Origin: Alphaproteobacteria bacterium
Lineage (GTDB): Bacteria > Pseudomonadota > Alphaproteobacteria > JASGCL01
DNA: 64,000 nucleotides
Assembly (NCBI GenBank): GCA_965203915.1
Contig: OZ241918.1
Span: forward strand, 609,532 to 673,531
Direction: 5' to 3'
Shown here: positions 63,417-64,000 of the stretch, one piece after another
Numbering within the stretch: position 1 is the first letter of the stretch
How the letters are laid out: each line of letters starts with the position of its first letter
Notes under the pieces: model-generated
Seen by the model: the letters and a program-made list of their open reading frames with translations, nothing else
Databases searched by the model: none
Told to the model about the DNA's origin: nothing
Program-made: the position numbers and the translations under genes

Positions 63417-63539
63417 ATGCCGCTTAACAAAACCCATAAAAAAAATTTGCAAGTTATAAAAAAAGAAAAACTGGCCGATGCCTTGCGGGCTAACCTACGC
63501 AATCGCAAAAGGCAACAACAATTGCGAGATAAGAAATAG
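63417..63539 (+). CDS. 40-aa basic small protein ([40 protein letters not shown]), not in the ORF track
   Basis: Translated by hand; fills the eno-dcd gap and ends 7 bp before the dcd ATG. LAxALRxNLxxRK resembles a small alphaproteobacterial ORF family (recalled, not searched). Confidence 0.65.
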   Translation: MPLNKTHKKNLQVIKKEKLADALRANLRNRKRQQQLRDKK

Positions 63540-63546
63540 TAACGCC

Positions 63547-64000
63547 ATGTCTTTACAACCCGATAAATGGATAAAACAAGAAGCCGCCAAGGGCATGATA
63601 GAACCATTCGTTGATGGTCAAGTGCGCGAGGTCGAAGGTAAAAAAATTATTTCCTACGGCTTATCATCTTTCGGTTATGACGCGCGTGTCGCCAACGAAT
63701 TTCTTATTTTTACCAATGTCGACAGCGTTACCGTTGACCCTAAAAACTTTGAAGACAATGCTTTTGTGAAAAGGCAAACCGATGTTTGTATTATCCCACC
63801 CAATAGTTTTGCCCTGGCGCGCACCGTGGAATATTTTAAAATTCCAGAGGATGTGTTGGTGATTTGTTTGGGGAAGAGCACCTACGCCCGTTGCGGCATC
63901 ATTGTCAATGTTACCCCGCTGGAGCCAGGTTGGGAAGGGCATGTGACTTTAGAATTTTCTAACACCACGCCTTTACCCGCCAAAATTTATGCAGGCGAAG
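63547..64000 (+). CDS. dcd: dCTP deaminase (3'-partial)
   Basis: Hand translation [10 protein letters not shown]...[11 protein letters not shown]...[15 protein letters not shown]...[23 protein letters not shown]; runs off the window end. Confidence 0.95.
   Translation, partial: MSLQPDKWIKQEAAKGMIEPFVDGQVREVEGKKIISYGLSSFGYDARVANEFLIFTNVDSVTVDPKNFEDNAFVKRQTDVCIIPPNSFALARTVEYFKIPEDVLVICLGKSTYARCGIIVNVTPLEPGWEGHVTLEFSNTTPLPAKIYAGE

Overview
Bacterial, Alphaproteobacteria-like window with two parts. Positions 1-48826 hold a ~49 kb head-to-tail array of at least five paralogous giant genes (A-E). Each is built from Ca2+-type cadherin repeats (ENN, DxD, LD[YF]E and DxN[DE]-like motifs). All five end in the same ~188-aa C-terminal domain (HADH...LTFDQFLALLGGSQHISFV); the four with visible starts begin with M(A/V/D)YSWK and have no signal peptide. 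The array shows kilobase blocks shared between non-adjacent paralogs, patchwork repeat variants, hypervariable loops and an unfamiliar ~120-150 aa domain inserted into repeats near the C-terminus. Genes B-E each have a sigma70-like promoter. My reading is a recombining repertoire of secreted adhesins; this is inference and no secretion genes lie in the window. Positions 49026-64000 are mostly housekeeping: GcvT-family dehydrogenase, MmeI-like R-M enzyme, YfgM-like/BamB-like pair, beta-barrel protein, methyltransferase, tRNA-Pro(GGG), AEC transporter, DciA-like, trmD, rplS, kdsA, eno, a 40-aa ORF and partial dcd. Five frameshifts occur, including in an ordinary metabolic gene, so long-read consensus error is the leading explanation; phase variation at the homopolymers is not excluded.
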